The position numbers were made by a program, and so were the translations under genes. From the NCBI GenBank assembly GCA_038046625.1, contig JBBSVV010000030.1, positions 1 to 11,565 of the forward strand: a stretch of 11,565 nucleotides of DNA. The letters run 5' to 3'. The notes below the pieces were generated by a model. The model made no database searches. It had not been told where the DNA came from and saw only the letters and a program-made list of their open reading frames with translations. Of this stretch, positions 1 through 7,711 are shown piece by piece. Source of the DNA: an archaeon (lineage in GTDB: Archaea; Iainarchaeota; Iainarchaeia; Iainarchaeales; Iainarchaeaceae). Positions within the stretch are counted from its first letter, which is position 1, and each line of letters starts with the position of its first letter.

Positions 1-2
1 GC

Positions 3-98
3 GACGAGCGTGAAATCGTTGATTCGGTTCTTGAAAGGCTTTTCGGGAAAAGGCCGAAGAAGAATGAAGGCGAGAAAAAAAGCTTTACGGCCCTGTGA
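3..98 (+). CDS. 3' end of an upstream gene (partial), ...DEREIVDSVLERLFGKRPKKNEGEKKSFTAL*
   Basis: Manual translation: frame is open from the window edge to TGA at 96-98. Protein-like composition; converges on the stop of the next gene 6 nt away. Not in the ORF track because the start lies outside the window. Confidence 0.6.
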   Translation, partial: DEREIVDSVLERLFGKRPKKNEGEKKSFTAL

Positions 99-104
99 AT
101 ATTT

Positions 105-1235
105 TCATTTTTTCCTTTGTTTCTTTTCTTTTTTCAGGAATTTTTCCTTCGCCTTTTGGTGCTTTTCAATTGTTTTTCCTATCAATGAGAGTTTCAGGTT
201 TTCCTCCTCGAGCTGCGCTATTTTCCTTTCTTTTCCCGAAACCGTTTCCTGGAAGTGCCTAATCAGTTCGTTCTTGTCCTTATTGTCGTGCTTCAGTTCC
301 GCGAGCTGTTTCTCGTATTTTTCCCCGAGCGCGTTCCTGATGCCCATTTTTTCCTCCTGCAGCCCCAACAGTTCTTTCGAGTAGGTGTTCCTCAATTGCA
401 GGGTTTCGTGCTCCGTTTCCATGACGATTTTTTTGGCGTAATCCCGCTCCTTCTTCAGTGCGGTCATCACGTCAAGCATTTTGCCGGACATTTGCGCCTG
501 CGTTTCCTCAATAATTGCGGTTTTTTGCCCGAGCTCCGCGTTGTGCCTTTCAAGTTCCGTGAAAGTTTCCTTGTATGTTTCCATTGATTTTTTCATGAGC
601 GCGGTCTGGGTTTCGAGCTGCTTCGCGAGCTCGTTCATGTCGTTCTCGAGGTCAATGGTCGTGTTCTTTTCAACTAAGCCCAAAAAAAAGTTTTTTCTCG
701 TGTCCTCGTATTTTTTCCGCAGGTTCTGGAGTTCAATCTCGCGCTTTTCCAGCAAATCAAGCACGTTCCTCTGCGCCCCCTTTACGTTCATCATCGGCTC
801 TTTTTTCCTTTCAAAAATCCTTATTCTTTCCGCGAGGTAATTGCTTTTGAGGAGCATTGAAAGCGTTTTTTGCTCGAGGTCGGAGTAAAGCTCCGGCACC
901 GTGATTGTTTCGGCGAGGGCAAGGAGCCCTTTTTCCTGGCTTTTCCTTATGCGCGCTTCCTCCATTTCGCGGTTTCTCCTCAGGCTGGTTATGAGCTGGT
1001 TGAGTTCACGCTCGTGATCCAAAGTTTTTGGGGCATTGGATTCCGCGCTTTTTCCGAGTTCCTGCCCGGCAATTTGGAACAGTGCGTAAAGTTCCTCGAT
1101 TCCGGGGAGAATGTTTTCAACATTGTAAATGAACCCTCTTCTTGAGAGCTCCGCCCATTTGCGCGCCGAAACTTTTTCCCTCAATGAGGCCGTTTCCTGC
1201 TCGATTTTGTCGCACAATTCCCTTAGCTCGGGCAT
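105..1235 (-). CDS. Hypothetical long coiled-coil protein (~376 aa, starts MPELRELCDK)
   Basis: Very E/K/L/Q-rich helical sequence with no Walker motifs and a basic C-tail. Start moved to ATG 1235 because the track's 46-aa extension runs through the palindromic element and a TATA-like box lies 23-31 nt upstream of 1235. Confidence 0.85.
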   Translation of the reverse strand: MPELRELCDKIEQETASLREKVSARKWAELSRRGFIYNVENILPGIEELYALFQIAGQELGKSAESNAPKTLDHERELNQLITSLRRNREMEEARIRKSQEKGLLALAETITVPELYSDLEQKTLSMLLKSNYLAERIRIFERKKEPMMNVKGAQRNVLDLLEKREIELQNLRKKYEDTRKNFFLGLVEKNTTIDLENDMNELAKQLETQTALMKKSMETYKETFTELERHNAELGQKTAIIEETQAQMSGKMLDVMTALKKERDYAKKIVMETEHETLQLRNTYSKELLGLQEEKMGIRNALGEKYEKQLAELKHDNKDKNELIRHFQETVSGKERKIAQLEEENLKLSLIGKTIEKHQKAKEKFLKKEKKQRKK

Positions 1236-1257
1236 GACTATGTAATGGCTTTTACTG

Positions 1258-1266
1258 ATATATATT
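1258..1266 (-). promoter_or_regulatory. Putative archaeal TATA box (AATATATAT, preceded by purine-rich AAAG) for the coiled-coil gene
   Basis: Lies 23-31 nt upstream of ATG 1235, consistent with a leaderless transcript. Confidence 0.5.
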
Positions 1267-1306
1267 CTTTGAGTTTTTCCCGAGGCAAGGGGGGTTTGCT
1301 TCATAT

Positions 1307-1399
1307 TATAGCAGACCACAAAAGTTTTTCGGCATGTATGGTGGTCTGCTAGATAGCAAACCATTAAATCCATCGAATTACTTTATTGGTTTGCTATAA
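1307..1399. repeat. Double-hairpin intergenic element, copy 1
   Basis: TAGCAGACCAC (1309-1319) pairs with GTGGTCTGCTA (1341-1351). ATAGCAAACCA (1353-1363) pairs with TGGTTTGCTAT (1387-1397). Ungapped match to 4018-4110 is 77/93 by hand count. Confidence 0.95.
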
Positions 1400-1402
1400 A
1401 TA
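1395..1402 (+). promoter_or_regulatory. Putative TATA box TATAAATA overlapping the right end of repeat copy 1
   Basis: TATA-like sequence 24-31 nt upstream of ATG 1426; no SD-like sequence before that ATG. Confidence 0.55.
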
Positions 1403-1425
1403 GCTCCTCGGACATACTCCTTCTC

Positions 1426-2412
1426 ATGCAAGTTTCGCACAAAAAAGGCATCCTTTTCAGGGACAAGACAGAGCTTTTTGTCGATGCTTCAGGTTTGAAG
1501 AACCGCGAAGCCATAATTACGCATGCGCATTCGGACCATGCGAAAACCAGCTCTACAAACACTTATTACCTTACTCCAGAAACGGCTTCTCTCATTGGCG
1601 CGGAGGAGAATGGCGTTTCCGTGAAGAAAATCCCTTTCGGAAAAAAATTCAAGCTGAATGAATTTGAGTGTTCCTTCCACAGTTCCGGGCACATTCTCGG
1701 TTCGGCACAATTGAAGGTTTCCAACGGCGTTGATGTGGTGCTCACTTCAGATTTCAAGCTTCAGAAAAGCATCCTCTTTGAGCCCGCCGAAATTCTTCCG
1801 AGCAACATTCTGGTCATTGAATCCACTTTCGGCTTGCCGAAGTTTTCCTTTCCCGAGCGCGAAAAGGTTTATGAGGACATGATTCACTGGATGCACAGCA
1901 ACATTTCGAAAAAGAATTTTGTTGTTCTCGGAGGCTATGCCACGGGAAAGGCGCAGGAGCTGACAAAGATTGTGAACGAGTTTCTTCGCGAAACGCCTTT
2001 GGTGCACAAAAAGATTTTTGACCAGAATAAAATTTATGAAAAGGAAGGCATTAAGCTCGGGAATTACCTTGAATTGAACCATAACCTCAATGAATCGAAT
2101 GTGCTTATTGTGCCGCCCTCGATGATTAATGACCATCTTCTTTTGGCTTTGCAGCACCAGCTCGGCAGGCACGTTGAAGCGGCCATTGCCACGGGCTGGA
2201 ATAATTATGGCAGGTACAAGACCTTTCCGCTTTCGGATCACGCGGATTTCAATTCTCTTCTGCGTTACGTGAAGGAGAGCGCCCCGAAAATGGTTTTAAC
2301 TACGCACGGTTTTGAAAATGAGTTTGCGCGCCAAGTGACGCGCCGCTTGGGGATTCCGGCGCGCCCATTGTCAAGGCATGGCCAAAAGACTTTGGGGGAA
2401 TTCTCTTCATGA
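1426..2412 (+). CDS. Metallo-beta-lactamase / beta-CASP nuclease (resembles the ligase-associated DNA-damage exonuclease family)
   Basis: Motifs THAHSDH, GHILGSAQ, TSDFK, ESTFGLP, GYATGKAQE, ATGW, PLSDHADF and THG; C-terminal QKTLGEF. Confidence 0.9.
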   Translation: MQVSHKKGILFRDKTELFVDASGLKNREAIITHAHSDHAKTSSTNTYYLTPETASLIGAEENGVSVKKIPFGKKFKLNEFECSFHSSGHILGSAQLKVSNGVDVVLTSDFKLQKSILFEPAEILPSNILVIESTFGLPKFSFPEREKVYEDMIHWMHSNISKKNFVVLGGYATGKAQELTKIVNEFLRETPLVHKKIFDQNKIYEKEGIKLGNYLELNHNLNESNVLIVPPSMINDHLLLALQHQLGRHVEAAIATGWNNYGRYKTFPLSDHADFNSLLRYVKESAPKMVLTTHGFENEFARQVTRRLGIPARPLSRHGQKTLGEFSS

Positions 2413-2423
2413 ATTTTCCGCGT

Positions 2424-3917
2424 TCAGCTTTTCACGCAGAATTTTATTCCCATCATTTCGTTTCCCCGGAGCCCGAATGAAACGGAGTTGCCGCTTGTAG
2501 TTAATGTTTTTTCGTTGTAAGAATCCTTGACCGATGCCGCTTCCGCGTTCACAAGTTTTTTTGCATCGGAAATTGCAAGCGTATACGGTGTTTCCTTTGA
2601 ACTGTTGCCCTCATCCCACTTCCCAAGTATTATTTTGTAGCACCCGCCCTGTGAGGTTTTGGATATTATCCATGCGATGTTCTGGTCCTGGTTCAGCGCA
2701 ACGCCCAGAGTGTCCCTTGAAAGGTCATCGAACATTTTGTGCATGTAAAGGACGGGCCTTGCTTTTTCAGCCTGCGTAATGAGGCCGTAGTATCTCGAAT
2801 CCTGTTCGCTTGCCGAGTCATCCTGCCAGGCATAGACTGTCTGCACATTTATTCCGTTTTTGTAGAACGCGAGCATGTTGTCCGCCATGAGTATGGGCGC
2901 GTAGCCCGAGTTTCTGGCTTGGCTTGTGGGTGCGTTCCACTCGCTGATTACAAATTCCGGTGTTTTTGCATATCCTGCTTCGCTCAATGCTTTTTTGTAT
3001 GCGTCAACGGCTTTCTGGGCAGCAAGGCCTGTGTTGTAATGGTGCCATGAAATGAAGTCTAATGGAAGGTTGTTTTTTGCCGCGTATTTTATGAGCTCTA
3101 TGTTGAGCAGCTTAGGGTCAGAGCCTATTTTTCCGTCCCATTTGTTCGGCACTGCTCCTCCGACTTTTATGCCCGGGTTCGCTTCCTTGATTGCTTTTGC
3201 CGTTTCCCCGTAAAGCTCGAGGTACTGGTCTGTGTCGCCGCGCCAGAAATTTTTCAAATCAGGTTCGTTCCAGATTTCAAAGTAGAATTCGACGTCCTTG
3301 AACTGGCTGTAATATTCGGTGATTTTTTTTATGGCTGCGTTCCACTTTGCGTAGTCTTTGGGCGGATGCAGCTGGTATTCATAAGTGGTTTCATCTATTT
3401 TTGTTTCATCGCTCGAGCTGCTCAGCCATTTCGGCGTTCCCCAGAAGTCGATGATTATTTTTTTGTTTTTTGTCCTGAATGCGTCGACCTTCACTATGCT
3501 GTTGTCATTCAGCATTTTAACCAGTGAGTTCGGGCACTCGCTTTCGAGCAGGCACGATGAATTCCTGAGGCTCCAGCTCCCTTCGGTCACCCGCGAGGTT
3601 TCATGGTCTTGGAACTCTGTGAGGTAAATCGTTCCCGAGTTGTTTGATGTCGGCCTGAACCTTGTGGAAGATTTGAACAAATCCGTGTTCTGTGCCGAAA
3701 ATTCCAGCTGCGAGATGTTTATTGTGAGCAGTTCCCCGTTCTGGGGCGGCACCTGCGGGCAGTCGCCGCCTTTGTCAATCGGGCAGTTGTTCTGGTTCTC
3801 GTCAGGCGGTTCGCACACCCCGTTTCCGCAAACCGGCTTTTTTGTTGTGCAGGCCGCAAAGAACACGAGCGCGAAAACCAGAATGATGGCAAAAAGCACG
3901 GTTGTTTTGTTTTTCAT
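2424..3917 (-). CDS. Secreted/lipoprotein glycoside hydrolase, clan GH-A, GH39-like
   Basis: Basic plus hydrophobic signal ending FAAC; Cys module CGNGVCE...CPIDKGGDC; GTPKWLS, PPKDY..W, FEIWNEPD (acid/base), PLDFISWHHY and ISEWN (nucleophile). Confidence 0.85.
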   Translation of the reverse strand: MKNKTTVLFAIILVFALVFFAACTTKKPVCGNGVCEPPDENQNNCPIDKGGDCPQVPPQNGELLTINISQLEFSAQNTDLFKSSTRFRPTSNNSGTIYLTEFQDHETSRVTEGSWSLRNSSCLLESECPNSLVKMLNDNSIVKVDAFRTKNKKIIIDFWGTPKWLSSSSDETKIDETTYEYQLHPPKDYAKWNAAIKKITEYYSQFKDVEFYFEIWNEPDLKNFWRGDTDQYLELYGETAKAIKEANPGIKVGGAVPNKWDGKIGSDPKLLNIELIKYAAKNNLPLDFISWHHYNTGLAAQKAVDAYKKALSEAGYAKTPEFVISEWNAPTSQARNSGYAPILMADNMLAFYKNGINVQTVYAWQDDSASEQDSRYYGLITQAEKARPVLYMHKMFDDLSRDTLGVALNQDQNIAWIISKTSQGGCYKIILGKWDEGNSSKETPYTLAISDAKKLVNAEAASVKDSYNEKTLTTSGNSVSFGLRGNEMMGIKFCVKS

Positions 3918-3938
3918 TAAGTAATTTTGTAGCCAGAC

Positions 3939-3946
3939 TTATATAA
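3939..3946 (-). promoter_or_regulatory. Putative TATA box TTATATAA for the GH39-like gene
   Basis: Lies 22-29 nt upstream of ATG 3917. Confidence 0.55.
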
Positions 3947-4017
3947 TACTTGCCGGGTTCTGTGCGAAATGCGGGTTGCACCACAGGCTATTTTAAGGTT
4001 TTCCAGGTGTTCTCGTA

Positions 4018-4110
4018 TATAGCAAACCACGAAAGTTTTTCGGCATTTATAGTGGTTTGCTAGATAGCAGACCAAAAATGTCGCCGAAATATTTTATTGG
4101 TCTGCTATAA
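4018..4110. repeat. Double-hairpin intergenic element, copy 2
   Basis: TAGCAAACCAC (4020-4030) pairs with GTGGTTTGCTA (4052-4062). ATAGCAGACCAA (4064-4075) pairs with TTGGTCTGCTAT (4097-4108). Same spacing as copy 1, offset 2711 nt, direct orientation. Confidence 0.95.
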
Positions 4111-4122
4111 TAGGGGTTTTTC

Positions 4123-5883
4123 ATGGACCGAAGCCATACTTGTGGGGAATTGACCGAGAAAAACGCCGGCAAAAAGGCTATTCTGAATGGCTGGGTTGAC
4201 ACGAGGCGCGACCACGGCAATTTGACTTTCATTGATATCCGCGACCGTTATGGGTTGACCCAGGTTGTCGTTAACCCGGAAATCGCCAAGGCCGCGCATG
4301 AAACCTCGAAATCACTGAGGCGCGAGTTTGTTGTGCGCGTTGAAGGCACAGTGAAGAAGAGGCCGAAAGGCACGGAGAACAAGGGCTGGAAAACCGGTGC
4401 AATCGAGCTTGAGGCGAACAAGCTGGAAATTATTTCAACTTCATTGCCTTTGCCTATTGAGGTTTCCGACAATGCGCAGAGCACGGAAGAAACGCGCCTC
4501 AAGTACCGTTACCTTGATTTGAGAAATCCGGAAATGCAGAAGAAGATTATTGCGAGGCACCGCATAATAAAAATTGTGCGTGACTTTTACGACGAAAACG
4601 GCTTCATTGACATTGAGACGCCGATTCTCGCGAAGAGCACTCCTGAAGGCGCCCGCGATTATCTGGTTCCTTCGCGCGTTAACCCGGGAAAATTTTTCGC
4701 TTTGCCCCAGAGCCCGCAGATTTTCAAGCAGCTGCTCATGCTTTCGGGCTTTGACAGGTACATGCAGATTGCGCGCTGCTTTCGTGATGAGGATTTGCGC
4801 GCGGACAGGCAACCTGAATTCACGCAGATTGATGTCGAGATGAGCTTCATCAATGAGAATGACATCATGGAGCTTCACGAGCGCCTAATGGAGAAAATTT
4901 TCGGCGAATTCATGGGCGTAAAGCTCAAGCTGCCTTTTCCAAAGCTCACTTATGATGAAGCCATTGCAAGGTACGGAATTGACAAGCCTGACACGCGCTT
5001 TGGCCTCGAGCTTGTTGAAGTCACAAAAGAACTTTCTGGAAAGGGATTCAATGCTTTTGATGCAGTTGTAAAAGATGGCGGGATAATCAAGGCAATCAAT
5101 GTTGAGGGCAAGGCAGATTTGTCGAGGACCGAGCTCACGAATCTCGAGGATTTCGTGAAGATTTACAGGGCGAAGGGCCTCGCGGCTTTCAAGGTTGGCG
5201 ACAAGATTGAAGGCCAATTGGAAAAGTTCTTTGGGCAGGATAACCTCAAGGTGCTTGCGAAGAAATGCGGTGCAAAGAAAGGCGACCTCATGCTGATTGT
5301 TGCGGGTTCCCCAAAGATAGTGAATGATTCTCTCGGAAACCTGAGAAATCATCTTGCACAAAAGCTCGGGCTCATAAAGGAAGGGGTGTGGAACTTTTTG
5401 TGGGTGAAGGATTTCCCGATGTTCGAGTGGGATGAGGAGGAGCAGAGGTTGAATGCGATGCACCATCCTTTCACTTCGCCGAAGAAGGGTGATTTGCCGC
5501 TCATTGAAAAAGAGCCCTTGAAGATAAGGAGCAACGCGTACGATTTGGTCCTGAATGGCACCGAAATCGGCGGCGGCTCGATTAGGATTCATTCTCCTGA
5601 TGTCCAGACAAGGATTTTCCGCGCCCTTGGAATAAGCGATGACAAGGCCAAGGAGAAGTTCGGTTTCATGATTGACGCGTTCAAGTACGGTGCGCCCCCG
5701 CACGGGGGAATTGCCTTCGGAGTTGACCGCTTGGTAATGCTTTTGGTCGGTTCCGACAGCATTCGCGATGTGATTGCTTTCCCCAAGAACAAGGCCGCGG
5801 CTTCGCTGATGGATGAGTCCCCGAGCAATGTTGATGAAAAGCAATTGAAGGAACTGCACATCAAGCTTAATCTGGAAAAGTGA
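4123..5883 (+). CDS. aspS: Aspartate--tRNA(Asp/Asn) ligase, bacterial-type, non-discriminating
   Basis: 586 aa with an OB anticodon domain, [21 protein letters not shown], motif 2 [19 protein letters not shown], a GAD insertion, GGGSIRIH and motif 3 [14 protein letters not shown]. Has H31 (RRDHG) and G83 (RPKG). SD-like AGGGGT at 4112-4117. Confidence 0.97.
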   Translation: MDRSHTCGELTEKNAGKKAILNGWVDTRRDHGNLTFIDIRDRYGLTQVVVNPEIAKAAHETSKSLRREFVVRVEGTVKKRPKGTENKGWKTGAIELEANKLEIISTSLPLPIEVSDNAQSTEETRLKYRYLDLRNPEMQKKIIARHRIIKIVRDFYDENGFIDIETPILAKSTPEGARDYLVPSRVNPGKFFALPQSPQIFKQLLMLSGFDRYMQIARCFRDEDLRADRQPEFTQIDVEMSFINENDIMELHERLMEKIFGEFMGVKLKLPFPKLTYDEAIARYGIDKPDTRFGLELVEVTKELSGKGFNAFDAVVKDGGIIKAINVEGKADLSRTELTNLEDFVKIYRAKGLAAFKVGDKIEGQLEKFFGQDNLKVLAKKCGAKKGDLMLIVAGSPKIVNDSLGNLRNHLAQKLGLIKEGVWNFLWVKDFPMFEWDEEEQRLNAMHHPFTSPKKGDLPLIEKEPLKIRSNAYDLVLNGTEIGGGSIRIHSPDVQTRIFRALGISDDKAKEKFGFMIDAFKYGAPPHGGIAFGVDRLVMLLVGSDSIRDVIAFPKNKAAASLMDESPSNVDEKQLKELHIKLNLEK

Positions 5884-5889
5884 TTCAAG

Positions 5890-6186
5890 TTGCCAAAGGT
5901 TACTGTTGACAAGGAACTCCTGCTTAAGGTTGCGTCCAATGCGCGCCTCAACCTGTCCGAGGCTGAAGTAAAACAATTTGTCCCGGAGCTCAAGGCGGTT
6001 CTCGAGGCATTTTCAAAGCTGGATTCGCTTGATGTTTCCAAGGAAGAGCCTTCGTTCCAGCCGATTCCTTTGCAGAACGTTTTTCGCGACGACAAAACCG
6101 GAAAATGCCTTTCCAATGAGGAAGCGCTTTCGAACACGAAAAGCAAAAAGGACGGCTACTTCAAGGGCCCGAGGGTGGTTGAATGA
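5890..6186 (+). CDS. gatC: Asp/Glu-tRNA amidotransferase subunit C
   Basis: 98 aa with VASNARLNL, NVFRDD, EEALSN and GYFKGPRV; TTG start; ATGA overlap with gatA. Confidence 0.93.
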   Translation: MPKVTVDKELLLKVASNARLNLSEAEVKQFVPELKAVLEAFSKLDSLDVSKEEPSFQPIPLQNVFRDDKTGKCLSNEEALSNTKSKKDGYFKGPRVVE

Positions 6187-7610
6187 CTGCTCCGTTGAGC
6201 CTTAAAGATTTTGTCTGGGGAATTCAGAGCGGGGAAATTTCAGTTGTTGAAAACGCTTCGCGCATCGTAAAGGAAATAGAAAAAAAGAATCCCGAGTACA
6301 ACCACTTCAATTTGTTTGACGCAAAAAATGTTTTGCAGCAGGCCGAGCAGCTTGAAAAAGAAATAAAGAAAGGCCGCAAAGGAAAGCTTCTGGGTGTTCC
6401 CGTTTCCGTGAAAGATTGCATTTGCGTGAAGGGTGTTGAATCACGTGCCGGCGCGAAAATACTTTCCGGTTACAAGCCTGTTTTTGACGCAACGGCCGTC
6501 CGCAAAGCCAGGGAGGAGGGCGCAATAATTCTCGGAAAGACTGTTCAGGATGAGTTCGGGTTCGGAACTTTTTCAGTGAATGTCACTGCGGGAAAAATTC
6601 CCCTGAATCCTTTGGATAAGCAAAGGAGCTGCGGAGGCTCTTCAGGCGGGGCCGCAGGTTTCACTGCCCTTACGCAGCACACCCATGCCGCGCTTGCGGA
6701 AAGCACGGGCGGAAGCATTGCGGCGCCTGCGGCTTTCTGCGGAGTTTCATCCATTACTCCAACTTATGGTTTGGTTTCCCGCCATGGTTTAATGGATTAT
6801 GCGAGTTCTCTTGACAAGATAGGTACGATGGGAAAGACAATTGAGGATGCTTCGCTTTTGCTGCAGGTTATTTCCGGAAAGGATGCAATGGATTCCACTT
6901 CCCTTGATTCAAAGCCTTTCGCAAAAGAAAACCTGAAAGGAACTGCAATCGGCCTGCCTAAAGAGTTTTTTTCCGCGGTGAAGAACGAAAAACTGGTTTC
7001 AGAGGTGAGGGCAAAAATCGATTCCGCGAAGGGGCTCGGGGCAAAAATTGTTGATGTTTCCCTTCCGTTGAATGCAGAGTATGGCATTGCGGCGTATTAT
7101 TTGATTGCGATGTCCGAGGCTTCAACCAACCTTGCGAAGTACTGCGGGATGCGCTACGGTTTCGAGAAGCCCCTTTCCGGGACTTTTAATGAGTATTTTT
7201 CGGAAGTGAGGAGCGAAGCCTTCGGAACCGAAGCAAAGAGAAGGATTCTGCTCGGCACTTTCGCGAGGATGTCCGGGTTCAGGGACGCTTATTACCTGCG
7301 CGCAATGAAGGCGCGCACAAAGCTGATTAATGAATTCAAAAGCGCTTTCAGGAAGGTTGATTTGATTGCTCTTCCTTCAATGCCGATTGTTGCGCCGAAG
7401 TTTTCAGAAATAGAGAAGCTCACTCCTTTGGAGCATTACGCAATGGACATCTGCACTGTTCCGCCGAACCTCTGCGGGTTGCCGCATTCAACTATTTCTG
7501 CGGGAAAAGTTAAGGGCACGGATTTGCCTTCTTCGCTCATGCTTGTTGCGGACCATTTGCAGGAATCAAAATTGGTTTCATTCTCCGCCGCGCTGGAGGG
7601 CTTGAAATGA
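6183..7610 (+). CDS. gatA: Asp/Glu-tRNA amidotransferase subunit A
   Basis: Amidase signature GVPVSVKD, GGSSGG and STGGSI; also YYLIAMSEASTNLAKYCGMRYG, FGTEAKRRILLGTF and AYYLRAMKAR. Confidence 0.96.
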   Translation: MTAPLSLKDFVWGIQSGEISVVENASRIVKEIEKKNPEYNHFNLFDAKNVLQQAEQLEKEIKKGRKGKLLGVPVSVKDCICVKGVESRAGAKILSGYKPVFDATAVRKAREEGAIILGKTVQDEFGFGTFSVNVTAGKIPLNPLDKQRSCGGSSGGAAGFTALTQHTHAALAESTGGSIAAPAAFCGVSSITPTYGLVSRHGLMDYASSLDKIGTMGKTIEDASLLLQVISGKDAMDSTSLDSKPFAKENLKGTAIGLPKEFFSAVKNEKLVSEVRAKIDSAKGLGAKIVDVSLPLNAEYGIAAYYLIAMSEASTNLAKYCGMRYGFEKPLSGTFNEYFSEVRSEAFGTEAKRRILLGTFARMSGFRDAYYLRAMKARTKLINEFKSAFRKVDLIALPSMPIVAPKFSEIEKLTPLEHYAMDICTVPPNLCGLPHSTISAGKVKGTDLPSSLMLVADHLQESKLVSFSAALEGLK

Positions 7611-7711
7611 ATGGGCTTGAGGTTGCCGAACGCCGCAAGCCCGCGGCGGCAGGGCGGGCCATCTTCGCTGCGCTTGATTGGCGCGAAATATTTTTGGGGC
7701 GCTTTTTATGA
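7607..7711 (+). CDS. 34-aa ORF MNGLEVAERRKPAAAGRAIFAALDWREIFLGRFL (possible coupling peptide or remnant of a duplicated suhB 5' end)
   Basis: ATG 7607 overlaps the gatA stop (ATGA) and has GGAGGG at 7595-7600. Its TGA at 7709-7711 overlaps the suhB ATG 7708 (ATGA). Confidence 0.55.
   Translation: MNGLEVAERRKPAAAGRAIFAALDWREIFLGRFL

Noticed and set aside
10..384. 124-aa plus-strand ORF
   Set aside because: Phe/Ser-rich antisense shadow of the Lys/Glu-rich coiled-coil gene.
1236..1373. 46-aa N-terminal extension of the coiled-coil ORF
   Set aside because: It crosses the non-coding palindromic element and the TATA box, and its composition differs from the rest of the protein.
1307..1399. CRISPR mini-array interpretation of the repeats
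   Set aside because: The arms are only 10-11 bp and inverted, the spacers are homologous to each other, and no cas genes are present.
4018..4110. Copy 2 being simply an inverted copy 1, which would explain away the covariation
   Set aside because: The arm variants fit inversion, but spacer 1 matches directly (20/23 versus 12/23 inverted) and the central GA is direct.
4018..4122. T-box riboswitch or tRNA upstream of aspS
   Set aside because: No T-box consensus (GGTGG-ACC), no cloverleaf or TTCRA arm in a tRNA context, and the same element occurs before an unrelated gene.
4885..5976. 363-aa antisense ORF and the other long shadow ORFs in the track
   Set aside because: They lie opposite or within well-supported genes, have no motifs, and are expected from codon bias.
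7678..7707. TTG start extension of suhB (MARNIFGALF)
   Set aside because: ATG 7708 matches the family N-terminus and sits in an ATGA overlap.
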